Virus record (IMG/VR): IMGVR_UViG_2740892234_000018
Span: 1-29,602 of that record
DNA length: 29,602 nucleotides
Origin: a virus
Lineage: Duplodnaviria > Heunggongvirae > Uroviricota > Caudoviricetes
Reading direction: 5' to 3' (one strand)
In this document: positions 17,149 to 28,014 of the stretch, one piece after another
Layout: every line of letters starts with the position of its first letter
How positions within the stretch are numbered: the stretch's first letter is position 1
The notes under the pieces: model-generated
The model's input: only the letters and a program-made list of their open reading frames with translations
What the model was told of the DNA's origin: nothing
The model's database searches: none
Program-made: the position numbers and the translations under genes

Positions 17149-17537
17149 GCAACACATTTAAATTCAGCAGCCGGAGCGAAAAGAATTTGCAGGGCGTAAA
17201 TCCTGATCTGGTGAAAGTGACCCGACGGGCACTGGAAATCTCGGAAGTGGATTTTGGTATCACCGAAGGGTTGCGCAGCCGTTACCGCCAGAAGCAACTG
17301 GTGGCCACAGGTAAGAGCCAGACCATGAACAGCCGCCACCTTACGGGGCATGCCGTGGATGTTGTGGCTTATATCGGCAGCCAGGTGTCATGGGAATGGC
17401 CGCTGTACGAAAAAATCGCAGCAGCATTCAGACAGGCCAGCCGGGAACTGAATATTCCGGTGGAATGGGGCGGCGACTGGAAGACTCTGAAAGACGGACC
17501 GCATTTTCAGTTACCACCCGGAGCCTATCCGGCATGA
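17145..17537 (+). CDS. Endolysin, peptidase M15-type
   Basis: 130 aa; SRHLTGHAVDV ... DGPHFQL, a His/Asp zinc-site pattern of VanY/M15 peptidases; SD AAGGAG. Confidence 0.8.
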   Translation: MSNTFKFSSRSEKNLQGVNPDLVKVTRRALEISEVDFGITEGLRSRYRQKQLVATGKSQTMNSRHLTGHAVDVVAYIGSQVSWEWPLYEKIAAAFRQASRELNIPVEWGGDWKTLKDGPHFQLPPGAYPA

Positions 17538-17941
17538 AGCTCTGGCCCACGCTTGGCGTCGCTTTCCTTCTGATTGCCGGATGGGGAACATCCATGCGTC
17601 TGTCGTGGTCGCTGGGCCGGGAGAACGCCAGAAACGAAGCGCAGGCCAGCACCCTGAAAAGTACCGCCGACACCCTGAATATCATCAGCGCCGGGGTACA
17701 GGATATGCAGCAGGTGCTGGCGCAACTCCGCGTGGAAAATCAGCAACGCAATCAGGACGGAGAGGCCAGACGTGAACAGCTACGCAACGATATTGCAAAA
17801 GATGAATGCGCCCACGCTTTGCCTGACGCTCGTTTTACTGACAGGTTGCGCAGGCACGCAGAACGCGCCACGGCCAGCGCCGTCAGTCCGGCTTATACCG
17901 CAGACGCTGACCATACCGGTAACGCCTCCCCCCTTCCCTGA
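17534..17941 (+). CDS. Inner-membrane spanin (Rz / LysB-like)
   Basis: ATGA overlap with the endolysin; N-terminal TM (LWPTLGVAFLLIAGWG) followed by a charged periplasmic region. Confidence 0.6.
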   Translation: MKLWPTLGVAFLLIAGWGTSMRLSWSLGRENARNEAQASTLKSTADTLNIISAGVQDMQQVLAQLRVENQQRNQDGEARREQLRNDIAKDECAHALPDARFTDRLRRHAERATASAVSPAYTADADHTGNASPLP

Positions 17942-18092
17942 CACTCCCACATGGGGAAATCTCGGTATATGGGGCGACCGCCTTCTGGATGCACTGGAAA
18001 CCTGTAACGCGGATAAACGGGCCATTGAATTACTGGAACAGCGCAGGCTGCAAAGACTGAACAACGAGGACAACAACCATGCTGAAAACTGA
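17772..18092 (+). CDS. Outer-membrane lipoprotein spanin (Rz1 / LysC-like)
   Basis: Overlaps the i-spanin in another frame; lipobox LLTGC and a Pro-rich mature part. Start at GTG 17772 (SD GGAGAGG) or ATG 17802. Confidence 0.55.
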   Translation: MNSYATILQKMNAPTLCLTLVLLTGCAGTQNAPRPAPSVRLIPQTLTIPVTPPPFPDTPTWGNLGIWGDRLLDALETCNADKRAIELLEQRRLQRLNNEDNNHAEN

Positions 18093-18546
18093 TTCCCTGC
18101 GTGAAGCCATGACCCGTTCATGCCGATGGTGTCAGGCCAACCCGGAAAAATTCACCATTTTCGTGGAGAGCGGCAACATTGAAACGACAGGAGAAACCCC
18201 ATCGTTTGTTTACCGCTATCAGATGGTGATGTTTGTCATGGATTACGCCGGGGAGCTGGACGACCTCACGCTGCCGCTGCTGGCGTGGTTATCCGAAAAT
18301 CAGCCACAGTTGTTGCTCAACCCTGAGCGTAATCAGGACATCAAATTCTCCGCCGTTATCAATGACGATGACAGCGCCGATCTCCTGTTTACGCTCCCCC
18401 TGCGGGAACGCGTTCGCATCACGCGCAGCAGTCAGGGCACACCGCAGGCAGAACACCTGCCGGAGCCAAAACCCCGCCTGCCATCTTCCGAAGGCGACTG
18501 GTCGCATGTATTCCAGGATGTGACGTGGGGTGAAAGCGATGGATAA
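18079..18546 (+). CDS. R: Tail completion protein (P2 gpR-like)
   Basis: 155 aa, same length and position as P2 R. Confidence 0.7.
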   Translation: MLKTDSLREAMTRSCRWCQANPEKFTIFVESGNIETTGETPSFVYRYQMVMFVMDYAGELDDLTLPLLAWLSENQPQLLLNPERNQDIKFSAVINDDDSADLLFTLPLRERVRITRSSQGTPQAEHLPEPKPRLPSSEGDWSHVFQDVTWGESDG

Positions 18547-19174
18547 GGCATTCACCCGCGTGGATGAAACCTTTGAGGCCATCCGCGACAGCCTGAATCA
18601 GCAGGCCATCAATAACATCGCCAGAAAGCTGGCACAGGATTTACGCCGCGCCCAGCAGGCGCGTATCCGGTCACAGAAAGCGCCGGACGAGACCGCGTGG
18701 ACACCACGCAGACGCCGCGTAACCCGGATACAGGAACGCATTCGCTTTATCTGGAATAACGAAGCACGCACGCTGAAAAACTGGCATCACGACACGGGGA
18801 AATACGGGCGAACCATTACCGGGTGGGATGAGGATAAAAACAACATCCGCACGTTTTACCGGGATGACATCGACCGTTTTCTGGAAATACGCACCCGGCG
18901 CATCAACCAGGACAGCACAAAGCGCGTCCCCATGTTCGTAAAACTGCGCACCGCCCGCTACCTGAAAGCACGTGCAGATGCTTCCGGTGTGACGGTGGGT
19001 TACAGCGGCGTGGCCGCACGTATTGCCCGCGTTCATCAGTTCGGTGAGCGCGATCAGGTTGCGCCGGGCATTTTCACCGATTACCCGGTACGTGAGCTGC
19101 TGGGTATCAGCCAGGCAGATGAGCGCCTGATTTATAACACGGTGCTGGGCCGGATTGCGGAGGCTGTACGGTGA
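18539..19174 (+). CDS. S: Tail completion / virion morphogenesis protein (P2 gpS-like)
   Basis: Start ATG 18539 overlapping the R stop; position between R and V. Confidence 0.65.
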   Translation: MDKAFTRVDETFEAIRDSLNQQAINNIARKLAQDLRRAQQARIRSQKAPDETAWTPRRRRVTRIQERIRFIWNNEARTLKNWHHDTGKYGRTITGWDEDKNNIRTFYRDDIDRFLEIRTRRINQDSTKRVPMFVKLRTARYLKARADASGVTVGYSGVAARIARVHQFGERDQVAPGIFTDYPVRELLGISQADERLIYNTVLGRIAEAVR

Positions 19175-19752
19175 GCGCAGAACTCATGCGACTGCTGAGC
19201 AACATCATCCGCACCGGGATCATCTCTGAAGTTGATGAGAAGTCCTGGCGCGTGCGCGTTCGCAGCGGCGAACTGGAAACAGGCTGGTTGCGCTGGAACA
19301 CCACGCGCGCGGGAGCCTTCAATGTGTGGCTGCCGCCATCACCAGGCGAACAGGTGGTAATTGCCTGCATTGGCGGCAACCCGGAAACCGCCATGATAAT
19401 TGGCAGTCTGTGGAGTGATGCCAATCCGGCACCCGGCAAAAGCCTGAAAGAAATCGTGATCAGCGCGCCGGACGGCGCGATGTTCCGCTACGACGCGGAC
19501 GCTGGCGCACTGAGCGCCAGCGGCATGAAAACGGCCACTTTACAGGCATCCGTCAGCGTGAAACTGGATACGCCCGTCGTGGAATGCACAAACCTTCTGA
19601 GAACGGCGACGCTTGACGTCACAAAAGGGGGAAAGATGAGCGGCAATATCACGCACAGCGGCGGCAACTTCACCTCAAACGGTATTACCGTGCATACGCA
19701 TAAACACGGTGGCGTGAAAGGCGGCAGCGATTCGACAGGAGGCCCGCAGTGA
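19171..19752 (+). CDS. V: Baseplate spike/assembly protein (P2 gpV-like)
   Basis: GTG start with GGAGG SD; 193 aa, Gly-rich C-terminus. Confidence 0.8.
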   Translation: MSAELMRLLSNIIRTGIISEVDEKSWRVRVRSGELETGWLRWNTTRAGAFNVWLPPSPGEQVVIACIGGNPETAMIIGSLWSDANPAPGKSLKEIVISAPDGAMFRYDADAGALSASGMKTATLQASVSVKLDTPVVECTNLLRTATLDVTKGGKMSGNITHSGGNFTSNGITVHTHKHGGVKGGSDSTGGPQ

Positions 19753-20099
19753 CAACCCGCTACACAGGAATGAATCCGGACGGGACGGGAAACCTGAACG
19801 ATACGGAGCACCTGAAACAGTCAGTCAGGGACATCCTGACCACCCCGCTGGCAAGCCGGGTTATGCGACGGGAATATGGCAGCCTTGTGCCTGATTTGAT
19901 TGACGAACCCATGAATAACACAACTCGTCTGCAATGCATGAGTGCTGCCGTGATTGCGCTGACACGATGGGAACCCCGCATTGCCCTGGACGCCATCGAC
20001 GTTGTCTGGAAGGCAGGAGGCCGCGCCGGGGTGACGCTGTCGGGCACTGTCATGCAGACCATGCAGAATGTTGAATTAACCATCACGCTGAGAGAGTAA
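19749..20099 (+). CDS. W: Baseplate wedge protein (P2 gpW / gp25-like)
   Basis: 116 aa; size and position match gpW. Confidence 0.8.
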   Translation: MTTRYTGMNPDGTGNLNDTEHLKQSVRDILTTPLASRVMRREYGSLVPDLIDEPMNNTTRLQCMSAAVIALTRWEPRIALDAIDVVWKAGGRAGVTLSGTVMQTMQNVELTITLRE

Positions 20100-20102
20100 A
20101 TC

Positions 20103-20999
20103 ATGCCTGCTGTTGACCTTTCCCAGTTACCGGAACCCGCCATCATCGCGGAGCCTGATTTTGAGGCAATTCTGGCTGACACAAAGGCCATGATGATTGC
20201 GTCCTATCCTGCCGAACAGCGTGAAGCCGTCTCCGCCGCGCTGGAGCTGGAATCGGAACCCCTGAACGTTATCGCTCAAACCATGTCTTTTCGTGAAATG
20301 CTGTTACGCCAGCGGGTCAATGAGGGTGCACGCGCCTGCATGCTAAGCCACAGCGCCGGGACAGACCTGGACAACCTCGCGGGCAATATGAACACAAAGC
20401 GCCTGGTTATCACTCCGGCAACGGATACCACCGACGCAGTGATGGAAAGTGACACCTCGCTGAGACTACGGGCGCAACGGGCATATGACGGTCTGAGTGT
20501 TGCTGGCCCGTCAGGTGCATACGAGTATTTTGCCCGCAGCGCCAGCGGTCTGGTACGCGATGCGCGGGCCATCAGCCCGTCTCCGGCCAACGTGACGGTT
20601 TCCATCCTGTCCACTGAGGGCGACGGCACGGCAACGGAGGCGTTGCTTAATACCGTTCGCGCCGTTCTGAATGCAGAGGATACCCGCCCGGTGGCCGACC
20701 GCTTGACCGTACAGAGTGCCAGAATCGTGACATGGCGGCTGAATGCAAAACTGTACTTTTACCCCGGCCCGGAATCCGAACCTATTCTGGCCGCGGCGGA
20801 ATCGTCGTTCAGGAAGTGGCTGTCTGAGCAGGGGCTTATCGGTCAGGACGTGGCGTTGTCAGCCATTGCTGCCGCACTGCATGTGCACGGTGTGCAACGC
20901 GTGGAGATAATCGAACCCACACAAAATATGGCCATCAGCGACATACAGGCGGCGCGCTGTGAGTCATTCACCATCAGCGAAGGTGGGCGTAATGAGTAA
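20103..20999 (+). CDS. J: Baseplate assembly protein J (P2 gpJ-like)
   Basis: 298 aa, position W-J-I. Confidence 0.85.
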   Translation: MPAVDLSQLPEPAIIAEPDFEAILADTKAMMIASYPAEQREAVSAALELESEPLNVIAQTMSFREMLLRQRVNEGARACMLSHSAGTDLDNLAGNMNTKRLVITPATDTTDAVMESDTSLRLRAQRAYDGLSVAGPSGAYEYFARSASGLVRDARAISPSPANVTVSILSTEGDGTATEALLNTVRAVLNAEDTRPVADRLTVQSARIVTWRLNAKLYFYPGPESEPILAAAESSFRKWLSEQGLIGQDVALSAIAAALHVHGVQRVEIIEPTQNMAISDIQAARCESFTISEGGRNE

Positions 21000-21522
21000 T
21001 TCACTGTTACCGCCATCAGCCAGCAATTTCATGCGTTGTGCCGAAGCTGTCGGAACGCGCATTACAGACATTCCGGTAGACCTCAACACGCTGTGGTCGC
21101 CGGACACCTGCCCGGTGCATCTGCTGCCTTATCTCGCCTGGGCATTTTCCGTTGACCGCTGGGATCGCAACTGGCCGGAAGAGACAAAGCGACAGGTGAT
21201 TCGTGATGCATGGCTGATACACCGACACAAAGGGACCATCAGCGCACTGCGCCGGGCCATTGAGCCGCTGGGATACCTCATTCGTGTGTCTGAGTGGTGG
21301 GAGTTCGGCGGAGAACCGGGAACATTTACCGTTGAAGTCGGCACGCTGGACAGTGGCGTGACGGAGGAAATGTATCTGGAAATGGAGCGGTTGATTGCTG
21401 ATGCCCGCCCGGTCAGCCGCCACATGACAGGGCTGAATATCATTCAGGAGATCCCGGGGGATATTTTCGCGGCGGCAGCAACTTACGACGGTGAAGTCAT
21501 TACCATTTATCCGGACGATTAA
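20992..21522 (+). CDS. I: Baseplate/tail protein I (P2 gpI-like)
   Basis: Start at MSNSLLPP overlapping the J end; 176 aa, same as P2 gpI. Confidence 0.8.
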   Translation: MSNSLLPPSASNFMRCAEAVGTRITDIPVDLNTLWSPDTCPVHLLPYLAWAFSVDRWDRNWPEETKRQVIRDAWLIHRHKGTISALRRAIEPLGYLIRVSEWWEFGGEPGTFTVEVGTLDSGVTEEMYLEMERLIADARPVSRHMTGLNIIQEIPGDIFAAAATYDGEVITIYPDD

Positions 21523-21524
21523 GC

Positions 21525-23483
21525 ATGAGTACCACAACACGTAAATTTAAAACCATTATCACTGATACTGGTGCCAAAAAATTAGCTCAGGCAGCCGCGC
21601 CAGATGGTAATCCTGTCCGCCTGACTCACATGGCCGTGGGCGACGGTGGCGGCACGTTGCCCACACCAGACAGTAAGCAGACCCGTCTGGTGCATGAGGT
21701 GTGGCGACATACTGTTAATCGCGTCATCCTGGACGCAACACATCAGAACCGCATTATTGCGGAGCTGGTTATTCCTCCTGAAACGGGTGGATTCTGGATC
21801 CGGGAAATTGGTGTATTTGATGAGCACGGCGATTTAATCGCGGTGGGCAATACTGCCGAAAGTTACAAACCAACCGTTGCCGAGGGGTCCGGACGTGCAC
21901 AAACATTTCGCACCATTCTGACCGTATCCAGCACTGCCACCGTGGCGCTTACCGTGGATAACACCATGGTGATGGCCACAGTGGATTACGTGAATGACAA
22001 ACTGAAAGAACATGAACAGTCACGACGTCACCCGGACGCCTCGCTGACCGCAAAAGGCTTTGTTCAACTCAGTAGCGCCACTAACAGCACGTCTGAAGCA
22101 CTGGCCGCAACGCCGAAAGCGGTCAAGACAGCCTATGACCTTGCTAACGGGAAATATACCGCTCAGGACGCCACGACGGCACGAAAAGGAATAGTCCAAC
22201 TCAGTAGCGCCACTAACAGCACGTCTGAAGCACTAGCCGCAACGCCGAAAGCGGTCAAGACAGCCTATGACCTTGCTAACGGGAAATATACCGCTCAGGA
22301 TGCCACGACGGCACGAAAAGGAATAGCCCAGCTCAGTAGCGCCACCAACAGCGATTCAGAAACGCTGGCGGCAACACCAAAGGCGGTAAAGGCAGCCTAT
22401 GACCTTGCTAACGGGAAATATACCGCACAGGACGCCACGACGGCACGAAAAGGAATAGTCCAGCTCAGTAGCGTCACTAACAGTGATTCTGAAACGCTTG
22501 CCGCGACTCCGAAAGCGGTGAAAGCCGCTAATGACAATGCAAACGGGCGTGTGCCCTCTGGACGTAAGGTTAATGGCAAATCACTAGCCAATGATGTCAA
22601 TGTTACATCGCAGGATATTTTTAACGACCAGAGTATTGAGATTGGTGCAAATCAGAATCTGGATAATTACAAAACACCGGGGCTGTACCATCAGCCATTG
22701 AATGCCAATACAAGCGCAGCGCTGAAATACCCGGAGAATTTTGCGGGTACACTGGTTGTGCTTAAAAATGCCGGGATAACACAGATTTACTATGTGTATG
22801 ACACATCCAGAAGCTATACCCGCAGCCAGTACTCAACGGGTGACTGGACACCATGGACGCCACAAGATTCATTTCCGGTAGGTGCGGCGATACCGTGGCC
22901 TTCTGATTCAGTGCCTACAGGCTATACCGTTATGCAGGGGCAGACTTTTGATAAAACAGTCTACCCTCTGCTTGCAGTCGCTTATCCGTCTGGTGTGATC
23001 CCTGATATGCGTGGCTGGACGATTAAGGGCAAACCCGCCAGTGGTCGGGCCGTATTATCTCAGGAACAGGACGGCATTAAATCACACTCCCACAGTGCCA
23101 GCGCCTCCAGTACGGACTTGGGGACAAAAACCACATCATCATTTGACTACGGCACCAAGACGTCCAGTTCATTTAACCATGGCACTAAAACCACGAATAG
23201 CGCCGGGGATCATTCACACAATATTCCTGTTGGCAACACTGGCGCAGGTAATGGTGTTTCGGCTGGTTATAACTCAGGGCTTGGCACTGGAAAAACAAGT
23301 AACGCAGGGGGGCACTCTCACACAGTAAATATTGGCGCACACACTCATACGGTAGGAATTGGCGCACACACACACTCCGTTGCGATAGGTTCACACGGGC
23401 ATACCATCACCGTTAACGCTACGGGTAACGCAGAAAACACCGTAAAAAACATCGCATTTAACTATATTGTGAGGCTTGCATGA
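21525..23483 (+). CDS. H: Tail fibre protein (P2 gpH-like N-terminus, repeat region, His-rich tip)
   Basis: N-terminus [25 protein letters not shown]...; four tandem 44-aa repeats; C-terminal HxH tip [35 protein letters not shown]...NYIVRLA. Confidence 0.9.
   Translation: MSTTTRKFKTIITDTGAKKLAQAAAPDGNPVRLTHMAVGDGGGTLPTPDSKQTRLVHEVWRHTVNRVILDATHQNRIIAELVIPPETGGFWIREIGVFDEHGDLIAVGNTAESYKPTVAEGSGRAQTFRTILTVSSTATVALTVDNTMVMATVDYVNDKLKEHEQSRRHPDASLTAKGFVQLSSATNSTSEALAATPKAVKTAYDLANGKYTAQDATTARKGIVQLSSATNSTSEALAATPKAVKTAYDLANGKYTAQDATTARKGIAQLSSATNSDSETLAATPKAVKAAYDLANGKYTAQDATTARKGIVQLSSVTNSDSETLAATPKAVKAANDNANGRVPSGRKVNGKSLANDVNVTSQDIFNDQSIEIGANQNLDNYKTPGLYHQPLNANTSAALKYPENFAGTLVVLKNAGITQIYYVYDTSRSYTRSQYSTGDWTPWTPQDSFPVGAAIPWPSDSVPTGYTVMQGQTFDKTVYPLLAVAYPSGVIPDMRGWTIKGKPASGRAVLSQEQDGIKSHSHSASASSTDLGTKTTSSFDYGTKTSSSFNHGTKTTNSAGDHSHNIPVGNTGAGNGVSAGYNSGLGTGKTSNAGGHSHTVNIGAHTHTVGIGAHTHSVAIGSHGHTITVNATGNAENTVKNIAFNYIVRLA
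22060..22560 (+). repeat. Tandem 132-bp repeats inside tail fibre gene H (about 4 copies)
   Basis: Unit starts at 22065, 22197, 22329 and 22461, each encoding ...[40 protein letters not shown]. Confidence 0.85.
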
Positions 23484-24382
23484 TTACGCTCATTCTTTCT
23501 GCACCAGTAACAGAAATGGCTGAAGCATTTAAGCAGGTATTTGCAAATGCAGATAGTGTGAATATTGTCGGAAAGCCATTTGAAACAATCAGAGAATTTG
23601 ACTGCATGGTAAGTGCGGCAAATAGTTTCGGCCTGATGGATGGTGGCGTTGATGCCGCCATTACCGCATTCTTCGGTACTCAGTTACAGTCCCGCGTTCA
23701 GAATCATATTCTTCGTGAATATCTCGGCGAACAGCCTGTAGGTTCTGCATTTGTCATTGAAACGGGGCATAATCATCACCCCTGGCTGGTACATGCGCCA
23801 ACAATGCGTGTTCCGTTGACAATTGACGGAACAGACGCTGTATATAACGCAACCTGGGCCGCTCTGCTTGCCATCTTTCAGCACAATAAAAACGCAACGA
23901 CAGACATGAAAATAAAAACAGTGGTATTCCCTGCAATGGGGGCCGGATGTGGTCAGGTGCCGTTTGAAAGTGTTGCCCGACAGATGAAGCAGGCATGGGA
24001 TAACTTTAATAAAAAAACAGAATCAATTAACTGGGAATACGCACAATCTCGCCAGTCGGCAGTATTTGGCACATATGCATACTGTCCGGGTAATTCCGTT
24101 TGCCGTTATGCGGATACTAAATATATTGGATGCGGCGATTATCGGACGTGTTGCTCTCGTTCCGGGCAAATCTGTATTAACCCTGAACATCAGGCTGATG
24201 ATGTACTGATACAACATCAGGCTAATAACCGTTTTCGCCCTGGTTCGCATATACACCGGATTAATCCAGAAAATCCCGTAGGTAATGTCACCTCTGGCGC
24301 ACATAGCCACGGAAGTAGCATCGTTATTGGTACTCCTACCCATACGCTCAATAAACAATATTCTGTCTCTGATATTAAGTAG
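23480..24382 (+). CDS. Macrodomain protein with Cys/His-rich C-terminal region
   Basis: ATGA-coupled to the H stop. Three macrodomain blocks: [39 protein letters not shown] and [15 protein letters not shown]-terminal part is Cys-rich with HxH motifs (GSHIH, GAHSHG). Confidence 0.8.
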   Translation: MITLILSAPVTEMAEAFKQVFANADSVNIVGKPFETIREFDCMVSAANSFGLMDGGVDAAITAFFGTQLQSRVQNHILREYLGEQPVGSAFVIETGHNHHPWLVHAPTMRVPLTIDGTDAVYNATWAALLAIFQHNKNATTDMKIKTVVFPAMGAGCGQVPFESVARQMKQAWDNFNKKTESINWEYAQSRQSAVFGTYAYCPGNSVCRYADTKYIGCGDYRTCCSRSGQICINPEHQADDVLIQHQANNRFRPGSHIHRINPENPVGNVTSGAHSHGSSIVIGTPTHTLNKQYSVSDIK

Positions 24383-24390
24383 AGGTGAAC

Positions 24391-24594
24391 ATGGATTTCA
24401 GAATGAGTGAACAATCACGGACCATAAAAATTTATAACCTGCTGACCGGAACTAATGAATTTATTGGGGAAGGTGATGCATACATTCCACCTCATACAGG
24501 TCTGCCTGCAAACAGTACCGATATTGCACCACCAGATATTCCGGCTGGCTTCGTGGCTGTTTTCAACAGTGATGAGGCATCGTGGCATCTCGTT
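24391..24594 (+). CDS. tfa: Tail fibre assembly protein, 5' fragment truncated by gap
   Basis: [18 protein letters not shown]...DEASWHLV is nearly identical to the N-terminus of the tfa at 27580; runs into the N run. Confidence 0.75.
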
Positions 24595-24604
24595 NNNNNN
24601 NNNN
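24595..24604. other. Run of 10 N (assembly gap)
   Basis: Ten N characters; the coding frame is discontinuous across it (tfa fragment before, stf codon about 21 after). Confidence 0.95.
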
Positions 24605-27580
24605 CAGAACTGCACAATCCAGCTGAAAGCAAAACGTAACAGCACCACGGTGGTGGTGAACACGCTGGCCTCAGAAAATCCGGATGAAGCCGGGCGTTAC
24701 AGCATGGACGTTGAGTACGGTCAGTACAGCGTTATTCTGTTGGTGGAGGGATTCCCGCCGTCACATGCCGGGACCATCACCGTGTATGAAGATTCTCAAC
24801 CGGGGACGCTGAATGATTTTCTCGGTGCCATGACGGAGGATGATGCCCGTCCGGAGGCATTGCGACGTTTTGAACTGATGGTGGAAGAGGTGGCGCGTAA
24901 CGCGTCCGCGGTGGCACAGAACACGGCAGCCGCGAAGAAGTCAGCCAGTGATGCCAGCACATCAGCCCGTGAGGCGGCAACCCATGCGGCTGATGCTGCG
25001 GACTCAGCACGCGCAGCCAGCACGTCAGCCGGACAGGCCGCGTCGTCGGCTCAGTCAGCGTCTTCCAGCGCAGGAACGGCATCAACAAAGGCCACTGAAG
25101 CATCAAAAAGTGCTGCCGCTGCAGAGTCCTCAAAAAGCGCGGCGGCCACCAGTGCCGGTGCGGCAAAAACGTCAGAAACGAATGCTGCAGCGTCACAACA
25201 ATCAGCAGCCACTTCTGCATCCACCGCGACCACGAAAGCGTCAGAAGCTGCCACCTCAGCCCGGGATGCGTCGGCTTCAAAAGAGGCGGCAAAATCATCA
25301 GAAACGAGCGCAGCCTCGAGCGCCAGTAGTTCCGCTTCCTCGGCAACGGCGGCAGGCAATTCCGCGAAAGCGGCAAAAACGTCCGAGACGAACGCTAAGT
25401 CTTCTGAAACGGCAGCGGAACAGAGTGCCTCCGCAGCAGCAGACTCAAAAACAGCGGCTGCATCATCTGCCAGCGCCGCGTCAACAAGTGCCGGGCAGGC
25501 CTCAGCCAGTGCCACCGCTGCCGGAAAGTCGGCAGAAAGTGCCGCATCATCCGCTTCAACAGCCACAACGAAGGCTGGCGAAGCCACTGAACAGGCCAGC
25601 GCAGCAGCGAGTTCTGCTTCCGCAGCGAAGACATCCGAAACGAACGCGAAAGCGTCGGAAACCAGCGCAGAATCCTCAAAAACGGCTGCCGCATCGTCCG
25701 CCAGTTCGGCGGCGTCATCGGCCTCATCTGCGTCTGCTTCAAAAGATGAGGCGACCAGACAGGCGTCAGCAGCGAAGGGCAGCGCCACGACGGCATCCAC
25801 GAAGGCGACAGAGGCAGCTGGCAGTGCGACGGCGGCAGCACAGAGCAAAAGTACAGCAGAATCCGCGGCAACGCGCGCCGAGACAGCAGCAAAACGGGCA
25901 GAGGATATTGCATCCGCCGTGGCGCTTGAGGATGCGAGCACGACGAAAAAGGGGATAGTACAGCTCAGCAGTGCGATCGACAGCACTTCCGAGTCACTGG
26001 CGGCAACGCCAAAAGCCGTTAAGGCCGCGTATGACCTGGCTAACGGGAAATACACCGCACAGGATGCAACGACAGCACAGAAAGGGATAATCCAGCTAAG
26101 CAGCGCGACCAACAGCACGTCTGAAACGCTGGCGGCAACGCCAAAGGCAGTAAAAGCAGCCAATGACAATGCTGAGAAACGTCTGCAGAAAGATCAGAAC
26201 GGTGCGGATATCCCTGGCAAAGACACCTTTACGAAAAATATTGGTGCCTGCCGTGCCTTCGGTGGGTCAGTAAGCACAACAACAGGAAACTGGACGACTG
26301 CACAGTTTATCGAGTGGCTGGATTCTCAGGGAGCATTTAACCATCCATACTGGATGTGCAAGGGTTCCTGGTCTTATGGCAATAATAAAATCATTACTGA
26401 TACTGGCTGCGGTAATATTCATCTCGCCGGAGCTGTCATTGAAGTAATGGGGATAAAGTCAGCGATGACGATCCGCATTACCACTCCGACCACATCCAGC
26501 GGTGGCGGAACAACCAACGCCCAGTTTACCTATATTAATCACGGAACAGATTATTCACCTGGCTGGCGAAGGGACTATAACTCCAGAAATAAGCCAACGG
26601 CATCAGAGATCGGGGCGCTACCGTCAGGTGGAACAGCAGTATCATCAGTTAATCTGGCTTCAAAAGGTCGGGTAGCCGCGCTGACAGACAATACGCAGGG
26701 GGCAGCAGGTCTTGAGTTATACGAGGTGTATAACAACGGATATCCAACAACGTATGGAAATATCATTCACCTGAAAGGGATGACAGCCGTTGGCGAAGGT
26801 GAGTTACTCATCGGCTGGAGTGGTACAAGCGGTGCTCATGCTCCGGCATTTATTCGTTCACGACGGGATACGACCGACGCAAACTGGTCGCCGTGGGCGC
26901 AGCTTTACACCTCGGCTCATCCTCCTGCAGAGTTTTATCCAGTCGGTGCACCAATCCCGTGGCCATCAGATACCGTTCCGTCTGGTTATGCCCTGATGCA
27001 GGGGCAGACTTTTGACAAATCTGCATACCCGAAACTTGCAGCCGCTTATCCGTCAGGCCTGATCCCTGATATGCGTAGCTGGACGATTAAGGGCAAACCT
27101 GCCAGTGGTCGGGCCGTATTGTCTCAGGAACAGGACGGCATTAAATCGCACACCCACAGCGCCAGCGCATCCAGTACGGATTTGGGGACGAAAACCACAT
27201 CGTCGTTTGATTACGGCACTAAATCCACGAATAACATCGGGGCGCATACGCACAGTGTGAGCGGTACAGCCGCAAGTGCTGGAAACCATACTCATAGTGT
27301 CACAGGCGCATCAGCAGTCAGCCAGTGGTCACAAAATGGGTCAGTACATAAGGTAGTGTCTGCGGCCAGTGTGAATACAAGTGCTGCAGGAGCGCACACT
27401 CATAGTGTCAGCGGCACAGCCGCATCTGCAGGTGCACACGCACATACTGTCGGTATTGGTGCTCATACGCACTCGGTTGCGATTGGCTCACATGGACACA
27501 CCATCACCGTTAACGCTGCTGGTAACGCGGAAAACACCGTCAAAAACATCGCATTTAACTATATTGTGAGGCTTGCATAA
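24605..27580 (+). CDS. stf: Side tail fibre protein (lambdoid Stf-like), 5'-partial
   Basis: Begins in frame at ...[19 protein letters not shown]; long Ala/Ser-rich region; two repeats of the same type as in H; His-rich tip ending NYIVRLA. Closely resembles recalled phage lambda Stf. Confidence 0.85.
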   Translation, partial: QNCTIQLKAKRNSTTVVVNTLASENPDEAGRYSMDVEYGQYSVILLVEGFPPSHAGTITVYEDSQPGTLNDFLGAMTEDDARPEALRRFELMVEEVARNASAVAQNTAAAKKSASDASTSAREAATHAADAADSARAASTSAGQAASSAQSASSSAGTASTKATEASKSAAAAESSKSAAATSAGAAKTSETNAAASQQSAATSASTATTKASEAATSARDASASKEAAKSSETSAASSASSSASSATAAGNSAKAAKTSETNAKSSETAAEQSASAAADSKTAAASSASAASTSAGQASASATAAGKSAESAASSASTATTKAGEATEQASAAASSASAAKTSETNAKASETSAESSKTAAASSASSAASSASSASASKDEATRQASAAKGSATTASTKATEAAGSATAAAQSKSTAESAATRAETAAKRAEDIASAVALEDASTTKKGIVQLSSAIDSTSESLAATPKAVKAAYDLANGKYTAQDATTAQKGIIQLSSATNSTSETLAATPKAVKAANDNAEKRLQKDQNGADIPGKDTFTKNIGACRAFGGSVSTTTGNWTTAQFIEWLDSQGAFNHPYWMCKGSWSYGNNKIITDTGCGNIHLAGAVIEVMGIKSAMTIRITTPTTSSGGGTTNAQFTYINHGTDYSPGWRRDYNSRNKPTASEIGALPSGGTAVSSVNLASKGRVAALTDNTQGAAGLELYEVYNNGYPTTYGNIIHLKGMTAVGEGELLIGWSGTSGAHAPAFIRSRRDTTDANWSPWAQLYTSAHPPAEFYPVGAPIPWPSDTVPSGYALMQGQTFDKSAYPKLAAAYPSGLIPDMRSWTIKGKPASGRAVLSQEQDGIKSHTHSASASSTDLGTKTTSSFDYGTKSTNNIGAHTHSVSGTAASAGNHTHSVTGASAVSQWSQNGSVHKVVSAASVNTSAAGAHTHSVSGTAASAGAHAHTVGIGAHTHSVAIGSHGHTITVNAAGNAENTVKNIAFNYIVRLA
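25950..26175 (+). repeat. Two tandem repeat units of the fibre-type 44-aa repeat inside stf
   Basis: [44 protein letters not shown] followed by [30 protein letters not shown]. Confidence 0.7.
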
Positions 27581-28014
27581 TGGCATTCAGAATGAGTGAA
27601 CAACCACGGACCATAAAAATTTATAATCTGCTGGCCGGAACTAATGAATTTATTGGTGAAGGTGATGCATATATTCCGTCTCATACAGGTCTGCCAGCAA
27701 ACAGTACCGATATTGCACCGCCGGATATTCCGGCAGGCTTCGTGGCTGTTTTCAACAGTGATGAGGCATCGTGGCATCTCGTTGAAGACCATCGGGGTAA
27801 AACGGTTTATGACGTAGCGTCAGGGGACGCGTTATTTATTTCTGAACTCGGTCCGTTACCGGAAAATGTTACCTGGTTATCGCCGGAAGGGGAGTTTCAG
27901 AAGTGGAACGGCACAGCCTGGGTGAAAGATGCAGAAGCAGAAAAACTATTCCGGATCCGGGAGGCGGAAGAAACAAAAAACAGCCTGATGCAGGTAGCCA
28001 GTGAGCATATTGCG
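27580..28014 (+). CDS. tfa: Tail fibre assembly protein (lambdoid Tfa-like), 3'-truncated by gap
   Basis: [33 protein letters not shown]... ATG overlaps the stf stop; runs into the second N run. Confidence 0.85.

Larger units (their letters stand above)
1..24594. mobile_element. P2-like temperate prophage, partial; integrase end at window start, right boundary not determined
   Basis: Collinear P2 gene order int-C-cox-...-A-[accessory]-cos-Q-P-O-N-M-L-X-lysis-R-S-V-W-J-I-H. Attachment site must lie upstream of position 1. Confidence 0.85.

Noticed and set aside
24455-24604. N-terminal extension of the 1041-aa track ORF (24455..27580)
   Set aside because: It reads through the 10-N gap (translated as X) in a frame that is out of phase with the tfa fragment before the gap; the genuine stf frame begins after the gap at 24605.
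24777-26169. Several long ORFs (199 to 372 aa) on both strands inside the stf Ala/Ser-rich region
   Set aside because: They are alternative-frame and antisense readings of the GCN/TCN-rich repeat region that encodes the Ala/Ser-rich fibre shaft; their translations are Pro/Arg/Gln or Ala-only low-complexity.
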